Shown piece after piece: positions 7,593 through 18,732 of a DNA stretch of 24,420 nt. Within the stretch, counting starts at the first letter, position 1. Every line of letters starts with the position of its first letter. Position numbers and translations under genes: made by a program. Below the pieces are notes generated by a model. It did not search any database. It was not told the DNA's origin and saw only the letters and a list, made by a program, of their open reading frames with translations. The stretch comes from a virus (taxonomy: Duplodnaviria > Caudoviricetes): positions 1 to 24,420 of IMG/VR virus record IMGVR_UViG_3300017766_001905. One strand, given 5' to 3'.

Positions 7593-9661
7593 TGGCTAAT
7601 GTTGACCAAAAATTAACGATTTCTGAACTCGATTTCAGCGATATTAAGACTAATTTAAAGAATTTTCTTCGAGATCAACAAGAATTTAGCGATTTTGACT
7701 TCGAAGCTGCTGGAATCAACGTTCTTCTTGACATTTTAGCGTACAATACACACTATATGGCGTTCTACAATAACATGATCGCCAACGAAATGTTCCTCGA
7801 CACTGCTCTTTTACGTGATTCAGTCGTTTCTCATGCTAAAATGCTTGGTTACACACCTGTTTCTGCTACTTCTGCGCGTGCAAAGATAAATCTACAGATT
7901 CTTCGCCCACAAGGTAACACACAAACTACTTTAACTCTTCCAAAATATACTAGATTGCAATCTGAAGCCATCGATTCAACGTCTTATACGTTCGTGAATC
8001 GTACTACGGCTGTTGCAACCTATGATCAAACCTGTAATCGCTTTTGTTTCGACGATTTATACATCTATCAAGGTCAACCTCTATCATATACGTTCACCTA
8101 TGACTCCACAAGCAATCCAGAACAGGGATTCGAACTTCCAGACGCTGGAATTGACACCGCATCTTTAGAAGTAATTGTTCAAGAATCGTTAACAAGTTTG
8201 CGTTCTGAGAAATATATTTTTGCTCCAAAAGCCACTTCAACATCAAACACATCAGCTGTGTATTTTCTAGATGAGGTACGTGGAGGCAAGTATAAAATCT
8301 ATTTCGGTGATGGTGTAATTGGTAAATCTCTCACAAACGGAAACGTTGTGATCATCACTTATCTTAAAACAGATGGTGCGGTAGCCAATAAAGCAAATGC
8401 ATTTACACTGGTTCAGCCTGTGGGTGGATTTACAAATGCGATTGTTTACCCTCAAGTTGCTGCTGCTGGTGGATCTTCAGTAGAAGCACTTGAGCGTGTT
8501 AGATACGCTGCAACAAAATCATTTGCATCTAACAATCGTGGTGTCACAAAAGACGATATCATTGCATTGATCAATCGCAACTATCCATACTTCGAAGCAG
8601 TGAATGTTTGGGGTGGTGAAGAGAATATTCCGCCAGTTTATGGTAAAGTTTATATTGCTGCAAAACCAAGCAATGGATACGAAATTACAGAATCAGAAAA
8701 ACTAACTGTTATCAACGAAGTTATTAAACCAGTTTCTGTTGTCACTGTTATTCCAGAATTTGTTGACGTGGATTACAACTATCTCAATATTTTTGCAGAA
8801 GTGTTCTACGATCCAACGAAAACAAACCTTTCGCAAGATGGAATCTCTGCGACTGTTCGAAATGCAATTGTCGCTTACAAGAATGCAGACCTCGACAATT
8901 TCAACAGTCGATTTAAACTATCGAAGCTGCTTCGATATATTGACGACTCCAATATCTCTATCAACTATTCCGATGCGATTGCAACGATTGAAAAGAGATT
9001 AGTCCCACAAGTGGGAGCTGCAAGAAATTATACATTGAATTTCGGCACATCTTTATCTCGAGAAGATCCAAAATATCGAATTTACTCAACTCCAGCATTC
9101 ACAAAATTCGATTCAGAAGGTGCTCTTCGTAAGTGTTTCTTAGAAGAAACACCTGGAACATCTTCTGGCATTGAAGCAATTGAGATTGTTGCTGCACCAA
9201 CTTCTTATCTTTCTCCACCAACTCTATCAATTGTTGGAGATGGATTCGGTGCCAATGCATATCCGATTGTTGTGAATGGTAGAATTACTGAGATTGTCGT
9301 AGATAATCCTGGCGTCAATTATACCACAGCAACTGTGACAATGTATTATCAAGACGAATTTGATGGAACTGGCAATTTTAATCCTGTTCTTCAAGGTCGT
9401 TATGGCATTCTTCGTAGTTTCTTCTTTGATGATAATAACGTAAAGACAGTTCTGAATCCAGAGGCTGGAACAATTGATTATAAGTTAGGAACAATCACTT
9501 TGAGAGAGTTTGATCCAGTTGCAATTGAAGATCCTCTAAAGATTTTAAGAATCGTTGGTAAACCAGATACAAATAATTTTGAATCTGCACGAAGCCGCAT
9601 TATCACAATTGATGACGAAGATGTCTCATCAATCAGTGTTAACGTAAAGACTATTGATTAA
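7592..9661 (+). CDS. gp6: Baseplate wedge subunit gp6
   Basis: ELDFSDIKTNLKNFL..Q.EF.DFDFE..GINVLLDILAYNTHY, NEMFLDTA.LR.SVVSHAK.LGY.P, IYFGDGVIGK, VWGGEEN.PPVYGKVYIA and GTIDY..G motifs. Confidence 0.95.
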   Translation: MANVDQKLTISELDFSDIKTNLKNFLRDQQEFSDFDFEAAGINVLLDILAYNTHYMAFYNNMIANEMFLDTALLRDSVVSHAKMLGYTPVSATSARAKINLQILRPQGNTQTTLTLPKYTRLQSEAIDSTSYTFVNRTTAVATYDQTCNRFCFDDLYIYQGQPLSYTFTYDSTSNPEQGFELPDAGIDTASLEVIVQESLTSLRSEKYIFAPKATSTSNTSAVYFLDEVRGGKYKIYFGDGVIGKSLTNGNVVIITYLKTDGAVANKANAFTLVQPVGGFTNAIVYPQVAAAGGSSVEALERVRYAATKSFASNNRGVTKDDIIALINRNYPYFEAVNVWGGEENIPPVYGKVYIAAKPSNGYEITESEKLTVINEVIKPVSVVTVIPEFVDVDYNYLNIFAEVFYDPTKTNLSQDGISATVRNAIVAYKNADLDNFNSRFKLSKLLRYIDDSNISINYSDAIATIEKRLVPQVGAARNYTLNFGTSLSREDPKYRIYSTPAFTKFDSEGALRKCFLEETPGTSSGIEAIEIVAAPTSYLSPPTLSIVGDGFGANAYPIVVNGRITEIVVDNPGVNYTTATVTMYYQDEFDGTGNFNPVLQGRYGILRSFFFDDNNVKTVLNPEAGTIDYKLGTITLREFDPVAIEDPLKILRIVGKPDTNNFESARSRIITIDDEDVSSISVNVKTID

Positions 9662-12600
9662 TGTTTGCAAATAATTACATTTCAACAATTGTAGAAAGTC
9701 AGCTTCCTGACTTTATAGTCGCAGATCACCCAAAATTCGTAACGCTTCTCAAGAAGTATTACGAATATATGGAACAATCCAATAAAACTCTTGATGTTGG
9801 TAAAAAACTCTATGATTTCATGGATGTTGATACAACAAGAGATGATTTGATTAAGTATATCAAAGGCAAGTTTATTCCAAATTTCCCAGATAGCACTGAA
9901 CTTTCTCCTGAAAAAATCATTAAGGCATCACGTGAATTTTACTCTATAAAGGGCACTCCAGACTCATTCAAGTTTCTTTTTAGAGTTCTTTATAATCAAG
10001 AAATTGAAATTTATTTTCCAAAACAAGATGTTCTTCGTGCATCTGATGGTAAATGGAAACTTCCACAAGCATTGCGTCTAGCATTCAATGACACTCTCAC
10101 ATTAGTCGAGGGTGGAAATGTTAATGTGTTTGCAGTTACTGCGAATACAGTTACAGCAAACGGATTTAATCTTGTTTCTGCTGGAATCACATCAAATTCA
10201 TTTATTCATATTGGTACAGAAAAGCGTCTTGTCCAAAATGTGAATGCGCAAGGATTGTTTTTAACAGTCTCAATTCCATTTGCAAATGTTTACAATACTG
10301 CATTAGAAACATATGAAACTCAGACATTTAATTCTGAGAAATTATACAAAGTTACTCCAAGCGAATATTCTGGATTTGATATTAATCTATTAGAACGTCG
10401 TCGCGGTGTTGGTGAAGAATCTCGTACTTCTTTTATTATTGAAAGAGCAATACGATCAATTGATAAAGAAACAGGTAGAGAAGTTATTGAGTTATATGTT
10501 TCAAATGTAACTCGTATATTCGAAGCTGGTGAATATGTTTTAATTGATTACGTTGATGAGAATGGTGACACTCAGACGTTTAGATCAAAAATTATTTCTC
10601 TAATTTCTAATCTAAGATTATTCCGAAATAGATTGGGAATTGTTCAGACAGGTCGTCGGTATAAATCTGGCGATCCAGTTGTATTTGCTGGTGGATTGGC
10701 TGACACCCCAGAAGCAGAAAAGGCAATTGCAGTTGTAAACAATGTTTCTACTGGTACAATTGATTCGGTCAGTGTCACTGGAAAAGGTTATTACTTTAGA
10801 GAATTTGCGAATTCTTTAATTCGTATCAATTCAAATACTGGTATTGGTGCAAATGTTATTGTTGATCGTATTTGGGATGATATTCCAGCAAACGCGAACA
10901 ACTTTTCATTTTGCACAGATGCAATTGTCTACAAACGAGACATTGCAATCAACTCGAGCAATGGTTACGATTTTGACAATGTTCCTGGCGTTATTAATTT
11001 AACAACAGGTTCTGGTAACAGTACAACAACTGTTAACTTAAACACTGCTACATTTTTAGCAAGTTCAACTGACGATTACTATAACTCATATGTTCTTCAG
11101 ATCGTAGGTGGAACTGGTGTCGGCGGATCTCCAAATAGAGCAACGATTACTGACTACAATGGCACAACTAAAGTTGCAACTCTTGGAACCGCACTTGGAA
11201 CTGCTCCAGACGCAACAAGTAATGTAAAGATTTTTGCAAATGCTCAAACTCAAATTGGTCGAGCATTTACATACGACTCAATCACTCTTGGTGCAATTCG
11301 CTCTGTTTTTCTTGAAGATGGCGGGTCGTTCTTTGAAGAACCACCAACATTCGAAACCATTTCTGTCTTTGATACTGACTATTCAATCGATGAAGGATTC
11401 ATGTCTATTCCTGCGGGTCAGTTCTCGGGATATAATCGCACAGGATTGCCATATCCATCTATTCGTTTGAGTTCATCAAATTCTTCTTATAGTTTGGCAA
11501 ACGGCTTTTATACTGGCTGTAGATTGTTCCTAGATGTTGGTCAAACTGACCATTATGCCAATGTCGTTGATTATGTCGTAACAAATCCAGGCACATCTGC
11601 AAATGTTAAGACAGTATATCTTGACAGAGCATTTGAAAATAACATCAACTCAACGAATATTCTTCGCTTTAGATTGTTTATGGACTTCCGCCAAAATGTC
11701 CGCAACACAGGTCAGATTGGTATTATTTTGGTTAAGAAAGGTGGTACTGGCTATAGCAATAGCGATATGGTTGAATTTGTTGGAACTGGGTATGGTGGGA
11801 CAGCAACAATTCAAACTGGTGCAAATGGATCAATTGTAGCAGTTAATCTTGGAAATCGTGGTGAAGGTTATGTTGCAATGCCAACAATTAGAGTTTGGGA
11901 TTCAACAGGAGCAAATTTATCACTAGGATCAGATGCTGAATTCGAAGTTATTGGATTGAGTGATGGTGAAGAACTAACTGCAGAAACATCAGACATTGGA
12001 CGTATTGAAAACTTTACAATTATTAGTCGTGGATTTGACTACGAAGCAACACCAAATGCTTCTCTCAAGATCGTGGATATTCTAACAGATAATCTACCAC
12101 CAGCATCTGTTGTTATTGCAGGAAATAGAGTTTGGCAAGGAAACGTGGCTTCAAATGCAAACTCAACATTCTCTGCTATTGTTGATGCGTCGTTTAGACC
12201 AGATGGGACAAATACAGTAGTTCGCCTTTATGACTATAATGGCTTGCTTAACACTTCTCTCCCATTAAATATTAATACTGCAACGGGAAATGTTACAGTA
12301 AATCTATCAACGCAAAATGCAATCATATCATTCCTTGGTATTAATGATGCTGTTGAGAGAAAATACCCACACTTTTATGGTGACGGTAAGGCGAAAGCCA
12401 ACGCAGAATTCTTGGCTGGTTTGATCAAGTATGATGGATTCTATCTGAACACAGACGGATTTATCAGCGCTGACAAGAAACTGCAAGATAAAGATTATTA
12501 TCACAATTTCTCTTATGAGATTCAATCAGAGAAATCATTAGACGAATATAAAGAAACTATTTTCCGTCTTGCGCATCCAGCTGGAATGGATCTGAAATCT

Positions 12601-13134
12601 AAATTTGTCATTAAAGACACACAAGACGATATCATCACAATTAAGAGTAATACATTTACTCAAAATTCTATTGGAACTACAAATGTGAATACAAGTTATA
12701 CGAGCAACATCGTATATGGTAACACATCTGCCTTCTTGAGTAACGTGAATGTTGGTGATATAATCATCATAAATAGTACAGAAACTGCTTCCCAGAAACA
12801 ATATTCTCGTATTGTCACAAACGTTGTATCTAACGACATTATTTGGCTAGAATCAGCAATTGGTGGAATTGGCGACGGAAGAGTGAGAATTGTTTCTGGA
12901 AATGCAAACGTATTTGTATATGGCAACACATATTCTGTCGGCGAAAGTATTGAAGTTGGTGATAACATCAGTTTCAATATATCTGGTACTGAATACAGAA
13001 AAGAAGTAATTGGCGTTTCTGGTAATGTTATTCAAGTAAACACAACAACAGGTCTTGCTAACGCTAACGTTTTATATCGTAAAACTCCAATTTATAACGT
13101 AGTTGGTTATAGCATAATTAGAACTAACGGATAA
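9661..13134 (+). CDS. gp7: Baseplate wedge initiator, gp7-like, expanded by inserted beta modules
   Basis: QLPDFI..DHPKFV.LLK.YYEYME, FY..KGT.DSFKFLFRVLYN, VLRASDGKW and C-terminal G..S..KKLQD..YY.NFSYEIQS...HPAG motifs; position between gp6 and gp8. Confidence 0.8.
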   Translation: MFANNYISTIVESQLPDFIVADHPKFVTLLKKYYEYMEQSNKTLDVGKKLYDFMDVDTTRDDLIKYIKGKFIPNFPDSTELSPEKIIKASREFYSIKGTPDSFKFLFRVLYNQEIEIYFPKQDVLRASDGKWKLPQALRLAFNDTLTLVEGGNVNVFAVTANTVTANGFNLVSAGITSNSFIHIGTEKRLVQNVNAQGLFLTVSIPFANVYNTALETYETQTFNSEKLYKVTPSEYSGFDINLLERRRGVGEESRTSFIIERAIRSIDKETGREVIELYVSNVTRIFEAGEYVLIDYVDENGDTQTFRSKIISLISNLRLFRNRLGIVQTGRRYKSGDPVVFAGGLADTPEAEKAIAVVNNVSTGTIDSVSVTGKGYYFREFANSLIRINSNTGIGANVIVDRIWDDIPANANNFSFCTDAIVYKRDIAINSSNGYDFDNVPGVINLTTGSGNSTTTVNLNTATFLASSTDDYYNSYVLQIVGGTGVGGSPNRATITDYNGTTKVATLGTALGTAPDATSNVKIFANAQTQIGRAFTYDSITLGAIRSVFLEDGGSFFEEPPTFETISVFDTDYSIDEGFMSIPAGQFSGYNRTGLPYPSIRLSSSNSSYSLANGFYTGCRLFLDVGQTDHYANVVDYVVTNPGTSANVKTVYLDRAFENNINSTNILRFRLFMDFRQNVRNTGQIGIILVKKGGTGYSNSDMVEFVGTGYGGTATIQTGANGSIVAVNLGNRGEGYVAMPTIRVWDSTGANLSLGSDAEFEVIGLSDGEELTAETSDIGRIENFTIISRGFDYEATPNASLKIVDILTDNLPPASVVIAGNRVWQGNVASNANSTFSAIVDASFRPDGTNTVVRLYDYNGLLNTSLPLNINTATGNVTVNLSTQNAIISFLGINDAVERKYPHFYGDGKAKANAEFLAGLIKYDGFYLNTDGFISADKKLQDKDYYHNFSYEIQSEKSLDEYKETIFRLAHPAGMDLKSKFVIKDTQDDIITIKSNTFTQNSIGTTNVNTSYTSNIVYGNTSAFLSNVNVGDIIIINSTETASQKQYSRIVTNVVSNDIIWLESAIGGIGDGRVRIVSGNANVFVYGNTYSVGESIEVGDNISFNISGTEYRKEVIGVSGNVIQVNTTTGLANANVLYRKTPIYNVVGYSIIRTNG

Positions 13135-13137
13135 AAA

Positions 13138-14760
13138 ATGCCTTCAATTATCACAAAAGATTTCGGAATTGCAAACGCCATCAATTTTGAGAAGATGATT
13201 TCGTTGCCGTTAGCAAATGTGTACATTCTAATGGGACGAGCAATTCCATGGTCAAATGTTTCAAATACTGAACTATATGACGATTCAGAAGTGCCAGATC
13301 CATATGACACTGTTGATATGAAAAATTGGATTGCTAGAGATGGTCTAGTAATGGTAAAAATAACAAGTAATGACGTCCAGCCTGTGATTCCAAGAGTCGA
13401 TTGGGCTAACACGGAAGTCTATGTTCCATACGATCACACGCTAAACACATTCACGAAATCAACAGAAACAAAATATAATGGGAACGTAAATGTTTCCATC
13501 TCAACGCTTCAAACTGTCAATTCAGCAACGCTTAATCTTGCATCCGTAAATCCAGTATTGACCGTTGGATCTCTTATCCGCATCGGAGAAGAAACAAAAG
13601 AAGTGTGCAATATTCATGCATCTGGCAATTCGTTGACAGTAAATACTCCATTCTTATCTGCTTATACAAATGCAAACTTGTACAAGGTTGTAACAACCAC
13701 AACGCAATACGCAAACAAGTTTTACGTTAGAAATATCGCAGATCAAGTCTTTAAGTGTATGGACAATAACAGCGGAGCAAACTCAACTGTTATGCCAGAA
13801 ATCACACTTGGTGGGCAGTTACCTGAAAATCCATTTATTGAAACCTCTGATGGTTATAAGTGGAAGTATATGTACACAATCCCTAACGGATTAAAAAATA
13901 AATTTTTCACAGACAAATACATGCCAGTGATTCGAGAACCAATTGTTTTCGAAAATGCTGATAATGGACGTATCGATGTTGTCCAGATTATAAACGGTGG
14001 TTCTGGGTATTTCTCTGGTGGTTCTGTTAATAACTACGCTATTGTCGATGTTACGGGTGATGGTGTGGGCGCTAATGTAACTGTTGATGTTACAAATGGT
14101 GTAATTACAAATATCAATATTATCGACGGTGGTAACACTTATACCACAGCAACAATAACCGTCGACGACACAATTCAAACTCTTGTGGGTAATACCGCAA
14201 ATCTCAGAGCAGTAATCTCACCAAGATATGGTCATGGATTTGATCCAGTAAGAGAACTTGGTGGTTCTGATCAAATGATCAGCGTCGATTTTGAAGGTGA
14301 TCTAAATGGTCTACTTCCAACAGAGGGCGATGGAACTGAGAAAGTTAGACAAATTTCGATTATTAAAGACCCAAAACTTGCAAACGGTGTGTATGCAACT
14401 TCTACGGTACACCCGACGTATACTTCTTTGCTAGTATCAAATCCACCTGTAGACTTTGATCACGGACAAATCGTGTATTTTGGATCTAGTTTTGAAACAT
14501 CTACATTTAATGCCCGAGTAATTCACTTCGATAATAATACAAATACGTTGTATATTAATCGTATTGTCGGAAACGTCTCTCAGATTGTTTCAGAAACTAT
14601 TTACGAAAAAGATAATCCCTCAGCAGCGGCACGAGTATTTTCTGTGACAGAACCCGATATAAATATCTTCACTGGGGAAGTGTTGTTTATTGAGAACAAA
14701 TCACCAATCATTCGTTCCCCAAATCAGACAGAAACCGTCAAATTAGTTGTCGAATTTTAA
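13138..14760 (+). CDS. gp8: Baseplate wedge subunit gp8
   Basis: YILMGR..PW, VIPRVDW, FYV.N...QVFKCMDNN.GA.STVMP, TSDGYKWKYMYTI, ISP..GHG.DPV.ELG, RQISIIKDP and GEVLFIEN..PI.RS.NQTE.VKLVVEF motifs. Confidence 0.92.
   Translation: MPSIITKDFGIANAINFEKMISLPLANVYILMGRAIPWSNVSNTELYDDSEVPDPYDTVDMKNWIARDGLVMVKITSNDVQPVIPRVDWANTEVYVPYDHTLNTFTKSTETKYNGNVNVSISTLQTVNSATLNLASVNPVLTVGSLIRIGEETKEVCNIHASGNSLTVNTPFLSAYTNANLYKVVTTTTQYANKFYVRNIADQVFKCMDNNSGANSTVMPEITLGGQLPENPFIETSDGYKWKYMYTIPNGLKNKFFTDKYMPVIREPIVFENADNGRIDVVQIINGGSGYFSGGSVNNYAIVDVTGDGVGANVTVDVTNGVITNINIIDGGNTYTTATITVDDTIQTLVGNTANLRAVISPRYGHGFDPVRELGGSDQMISVDFEGDLNGLLPTEGDGTEKVRQISIIKDPKLANGVYATSTVHPTYTSLLVSNPPVDFDHGQIVYFGSSFETSTFNARVIHFDNNTNTLYINRIVGNVSQIVSETIYEKDNPSAAARVFSVTEPDINIFTGEVLFIENKSPIIRSPNQTETVKLVVEF
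14658..14665 (+). promoter_or_regulatory. T4-type late (gp55) promoter TATAAATA
   Basis: Exact consensus octamer near the 3' end of gp8, about 110 nt upstream of the 14777 start. Confidence 0.6.
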
Positions 14761-14776
14761 AGAATAGGTAGCATCC

Positions 14777-17700
14777 ATGGCAGATTTTAATGCAGAACCA
14801 TATTGGGACGATTTTGAGGCGACAAATGGTGCGTTTGAGCAAAACTACATGCGCATCTTGTTTCGTCCAGGATATGCAGTTCAGGCTCGCGAATTAACCC
14901 AGATTCAGTCGATCCTTCAAAATCAGATCAAACAGTTTGGCGATCATATCTTCAAAGATGGCTCACCAGTTATCGGTGGACACTTAACGCTCGACACTGG
15001 AATCAGTTATGTTAAACTTGAACAACAATTTAACGGTATCGACATCGACCTAGAAGACTTCATTGGTCTTACAGTATTCAATTCAGGTAGTCCAAAAACT
15101 CGTGCAAAAGTAATTCAGACCTTTTCTTCGACAACAGATAGAACTCTTCTTGTTCGTTATCTACGAGGAAGTTCGTTCACAACCACACAAACGATCTCAA
15201 CTGCGGGTGGTTCTTCTGCAAACACTATTTCTGCAAATGCAACTGGAACTGGATCTGTTGTTTCAATTAACGAAGGCATTTTCTACGTCGATGGATTCTT
15301 CGTTAGAGTTGCTCCACAAACGATCGTTCTAGATTCATATTCAAGCGCACCAACATATCGTATTGGTTTGCAAATCAACGATGAAATTATCACAGAGTCG
15401 ATCGACAATGCATTGTTAGACCCAGCTCAAGAATCATTTAACTATCAAGCTCCTGGTGCGCATCGTTATCAGTTCAGTTTAGATCTCACAAAGAGAACAC
15501 TTGACTCGATTGATGATCGTCGTTTCTTTGAATTGCTTCGTGTAGAAAATGGAGTGGTTACAAAACAAGTAAGTTATCCAATTTATTCAGAATTAGAAAA
15601 AACACTTGCGCGCCGCACCTTCGATGAGTCAGGAAACTATGTTGTAAAACCATTCCGCGTCAATCTGTCAGCAAATACTCCAATTGGAGCTGCTGAAAAT
15701 ACATCAACATTTATTGTTAATGTTGAGCCAGGAAAAGGCTATGTGCGCGGATTTGAATACGAAACAGTTGGAACAGTTAAACTTCCATCAACAAGAGCAA
15801 GAACAACTCGTTCAAGCAAAGATTATGACTTGAGCATATTCTATGGAAATAGAATTCAGTTGGACAATGTCTTTGGTAGTGCAAATGGTGTTGTGTTTGC
15901 TGGCGGTCTCGAGAAGGTAGATATACACTGCGTTGCAAATAACGGCGTTGTATTGAATGGCAATACAGCAAATTATTATGCTACACGAATTGGTACTGCT
16001 CGAATTCGTAACTTTGATCGCACAAGTGCAACGACAACCTACTTCACATACTTAACTGAAGTTGATTTCCAACCAATCACAACAGTTACCGTCGCAAATG
16101 CTGAAAATACAAAATCAGTGAACCTTGCATCGTATTTCTCACCAGTAAATAATGCATATGTAAATGGTATTGTGACGCTGGTAAACACAACTGGCGCAGT
16201 CGGAAACTCAGCAAAAATTATTCACTATAATGGTTCAACGAAAGTTGCTGTTGTAGATAAAGATTTTAAGTCAACAGTAGTCTCTGGCGATCAGATCTCT
16301 ATTTCAATGCCTCTTGCAACTGCAAATGCATTTATCGTTCCAAACCCAAGCACCTTTGCTACTGCAAATTTACAAGCAAATGTTGCAATAACAAGCAAAG
16401 ATGCTCTCGGAGCAGCATCTATTCAAGACGCTTCATATGACAGCATGGTCTTCAGACTTCCAAATGATTACATCAAATGGGATAGTGATACGAGTGTCGA
16501 TTTCTATAGAAGATATATTCTCCGCAATCAATCATTTGCTTCAAATGGTGCAATTACGATTGGTTTGACAGGAAGCGAAACATTTGATTTTGGAACTAAT
16601 GGACAACTTGTTTCTGATGCGGATATTCTAGAAAATATCATTGTTGTTCCAACTTCTGGTGCAAACACAGGAACAATTCGCGATTTAACAGATGGAGCTG
16701 CTAACGTATTCAGAACTTCTGATCAATCTATCACAATTTATACTAATAACGGATCAGGTACTTCATTCACTGGTGACGTCTACTTAACAACACAAATCAC
16801 AAATGCGAATGGTAACTATCGTCGAGTTAAATCTCTTGTAGCATCAAATGCTGCTCTAACTGTCCATGATACTCTTGCATCAGCAACAGCAGTTACTGGT
16901 TTCTCTGAAGTGCTAATTAATTCATCAAACGGCATTGTTTGGTTTACAAGTGCAAACGTTGTGAGCAAAATTCCAGATGTGAAACAATCACTGTTCTTAT
17001 CAGACGTCGTTCGAATTAATAAGGTTTATGATTCAGCAAATGTTTCTCATGCTCCAAATACTACGAACATGGTTGATATTACAGAGCGTTTTGCGTTTGA
17101 TAGCGGTCAGCGCGATGGATATTATGATCATGGATCAATTGTTTTGCGTCCAGGCGCACAACCTCCATCTGGTCAGACAGTAGTTCTTCTTGATTACTTC
17201 ACACACTCTGGCTCTGGATATCTCTCAGCCAAGTCATATGCAAATACGCTATATGAAACTGAGCAAATTCCAATCTATAAAAATTCAAAGGGCGATCTTG
17301 TAAATCTTAGAGATTCCATCGATATGCGCCCATTGCGCTCTTCTGGTCTTGTCGTTGATCCATACTTTAAGACAAACGTCAACGCCAGAGTTAATGTTTC
17401 TTCTGGTGGCTATACTGTTACAGCAAACCTATCATTAAGCGGAAATGTTCTTGCGCCACCAGTTGTTACTGGAACTATGATCAAGGTTAATGGTCAGATG
17501 CGCACTGTAAATGCAGTTATCAATGCGACAGCAGTAACTGTAAGCGCACCATTTACTGCTGCTGCAACAAACACTCACATCGAAATCATTACACCAAATC
17601 TTCAATTGACTGGTGGTATTATTCAACGTCCAACCGATTCAATGGAATTGGACTATGAATTCTACTTGCCACGTATTGACAAGTTGGTTGTAACAAAGGA

Positions 17701-18718
17701 TAAAGAGTTTAAGGTTCTTTCAGGAATTCCATCACTAGTTCCACAAGAACCATTTGAAGATACAAACTCAATGGCAATCTATACGATGTACATTCCACCG
17801 TATACTGCCTCTGTTCGTTCAATTGACTTGCGTTTCATTGAAAACCGTCGATACACAATGAAGGATATTGCTCGTATCGATGATCGAGTAAAGGCAATTG
17901 AAGAATATGTTAAGTTGAAGGAATCAGAAAGCGAAGTCATTAACGATCCACCAAAATCACCAGAAACACCAACAATTAATAAGCCAATCTATGGAACAAT
18001 TGTTGATGAATTTAATGATATGACAATCGTTGACATGTCAAATGATTTTGCATGTTCAATTGAAAATGGATTGTTATCTTGCTTCAGAGACATTAAAAAC
18101 TATGCTCTGTCGCCAAAAACACCATTTGCAACAAATGTTCGCGATAAGTTTGTGACTCTACCATTTACTGAAACATCAATGGTGAGCCAGAGTTTGTATA
18201 CGAATACAAAGAGTGAAATTGTTCAGACTGCAATTATTGCGAAGTTCGAAGGGTTTGCAGCTCTAACACCTGAAAGTGATTACTTCTATTCTCTTGAACA
18301 TCAACCAGAAGTTCTGAATGCATTTGGTAGAAAAGTTGATGTTCCGCAAAAACCAAAAGAAGAAGATCAAGTTATTGACGAAACATATGTTCAACAAATT
18401 GGTGGCGGTGGATACTTCAAGTCTGCAGATTATGTTGTAAGCGGATCAAGCGAACAAGTGCAAAATCAGTATACAATTCCTGTTCCAGCATACACCAATT
18501 TGCCAACAGACTTTGAACCAATCTATACTCAACCGTTAAATATCTATCAAGCAGGATTTAATCCATTCACAGCATTGAATTCAAACTGGACTGGGGACAC
18601 TAATCCTGCGCTAATAGATAATATTAATTACTTTGAAGGATGGAATTTAAATAATTCCTTGTCCGCTGGTGGCGGAACGTTATCATTATTAAACTCTGAC
18701 GTATCATCAGAATTCTAA
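14777..18718 (+). CDS. Large virion structural protein, DUF4815/VrlC-like, N-terminal part
   Basis: PYWDDF..NY.RILFRPGYAVQARELTQIQSILQNQI..FGDHIFK.GS, LLDPA..SFNY.APGAHR, LARRTFDESGNY.V.PF, PGKGYVRGFE, FD.GQRD.YYD, YLPRIDKL and NRRYTMKDI motifs. Confidence 0.85.
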   Translation: MADFNAEPYWDDFEATNGAFEQNYMRILFRPGYAVQARELTQIQSILQNQIKQFGDHIFKDGSPVIGGHLTLDTGISYVKLEQQFNGIDIDLEDFIGLTVFNSGSPKTRAKVIQTFSSTTDRTLLVRYLRGSSFTTTQTISTAGGSSANTISANATGTGSVVSINEGIFYVDGFFVRVAPQTIVLDSYSSAPTYRIGLQINDEIITESIDNALLDPAQESFNYQAPGAHRYQFSLDLTKRTLDSIDDRRFFELLRVENGVVTKQVSYPIYSELEKTLARRTFDESGNYVVKPFRVNLSANTPIGAAENTSTFIVNVEPGKGYVRGFEYETVGTVKLPSTRARTTRSSKDYDLSIFYGNRIQLDNVFGSANGVVFAGGLEKVDIHCVANNGVVLNGNTANYYATRIGTARIRNFDRTSATTTYFTYLTEVDFQPITTVTVANAENTKSVNLASYFSPVNNAYVNGIVTLVNTTGAVGNSAKIIHYNGSTKVAVVDKDFKSTVVSGDQISISMPLATANAFIVPNPSTFATANLQANVAITSKDALGAASIQDASYDSMVFRLPNDYIKWDSDTSVDFYRRYILRNQSFASNGAITIGLTGSETFDFGTNGQLVSDADILENIIVVPTSGANTGTIRDLTDGAANVFRTSDQSITIYTNNGSGTSFTGDVYLTTQITNANGNYRRVKSLVASNAALTVHDTLASATAVTGFSEVLINSSNGIVWFTSANVVSKIPDVKQSLFLSDVVRINKVYDSANVSHAPNTTNMVDITERFAFDSGQRDGYYDHGSIVLRPGAQPPSGQTVVLLDYFTHSGSGYLSAKSYANTLYETEQIPIYKNSKGDLVNLRDSIDMRPLRSSGLVVDPYFKTNVNARVNVSSGGYTVTANLSLSGNVLAPPVVTGTMIKVNGQMRTVNAVINATAVTVSAPFTAAATNTHIEIITPNLQLTGGIIQRPTDSMELDYEFYLPRIDKLVVTKDKEFKVLSGIPSLVPQEPFEDTNSMAIYTMYIPPYTASVRSIDLRFIENRRYTMKDIARIDDRVKAIEEYVKLKESESEVINDPPKSPETPTINKPIYGTIVDEFNDMTIVDMSNDFACSIENGLLSCFRDIKNYALSPKTPFATNVRDKFVTLPFTETSMVSQSLYTNTKSEIVQTAIIAKFEGFAALTPESDYFYSLEHQPEVLNAFGRKVDVPQKPKEEDQVIDETYVQQIGGGGYFKSADYVVSGSSEQVQNQYTIPVPAYTNLPTDFEPIYTQPLNIYQAGFNPFTALNSNWTGDTNPALIDNINYFEGWNLNNSLSAGGGTLSLLNSDVSSEF

Positions 18719-18732
18719 TTAGGTAGAAAAAT

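Noticed and set aside
1-14760. Bacterial T6SS, eCIS or tailocin locus
   Set aside because: The T4-specific gp53, gp6, gp7, gp8 and DUF4815 gene set and a TATAAATA late promoter point to a T4-like phage; no host-type genes are present.
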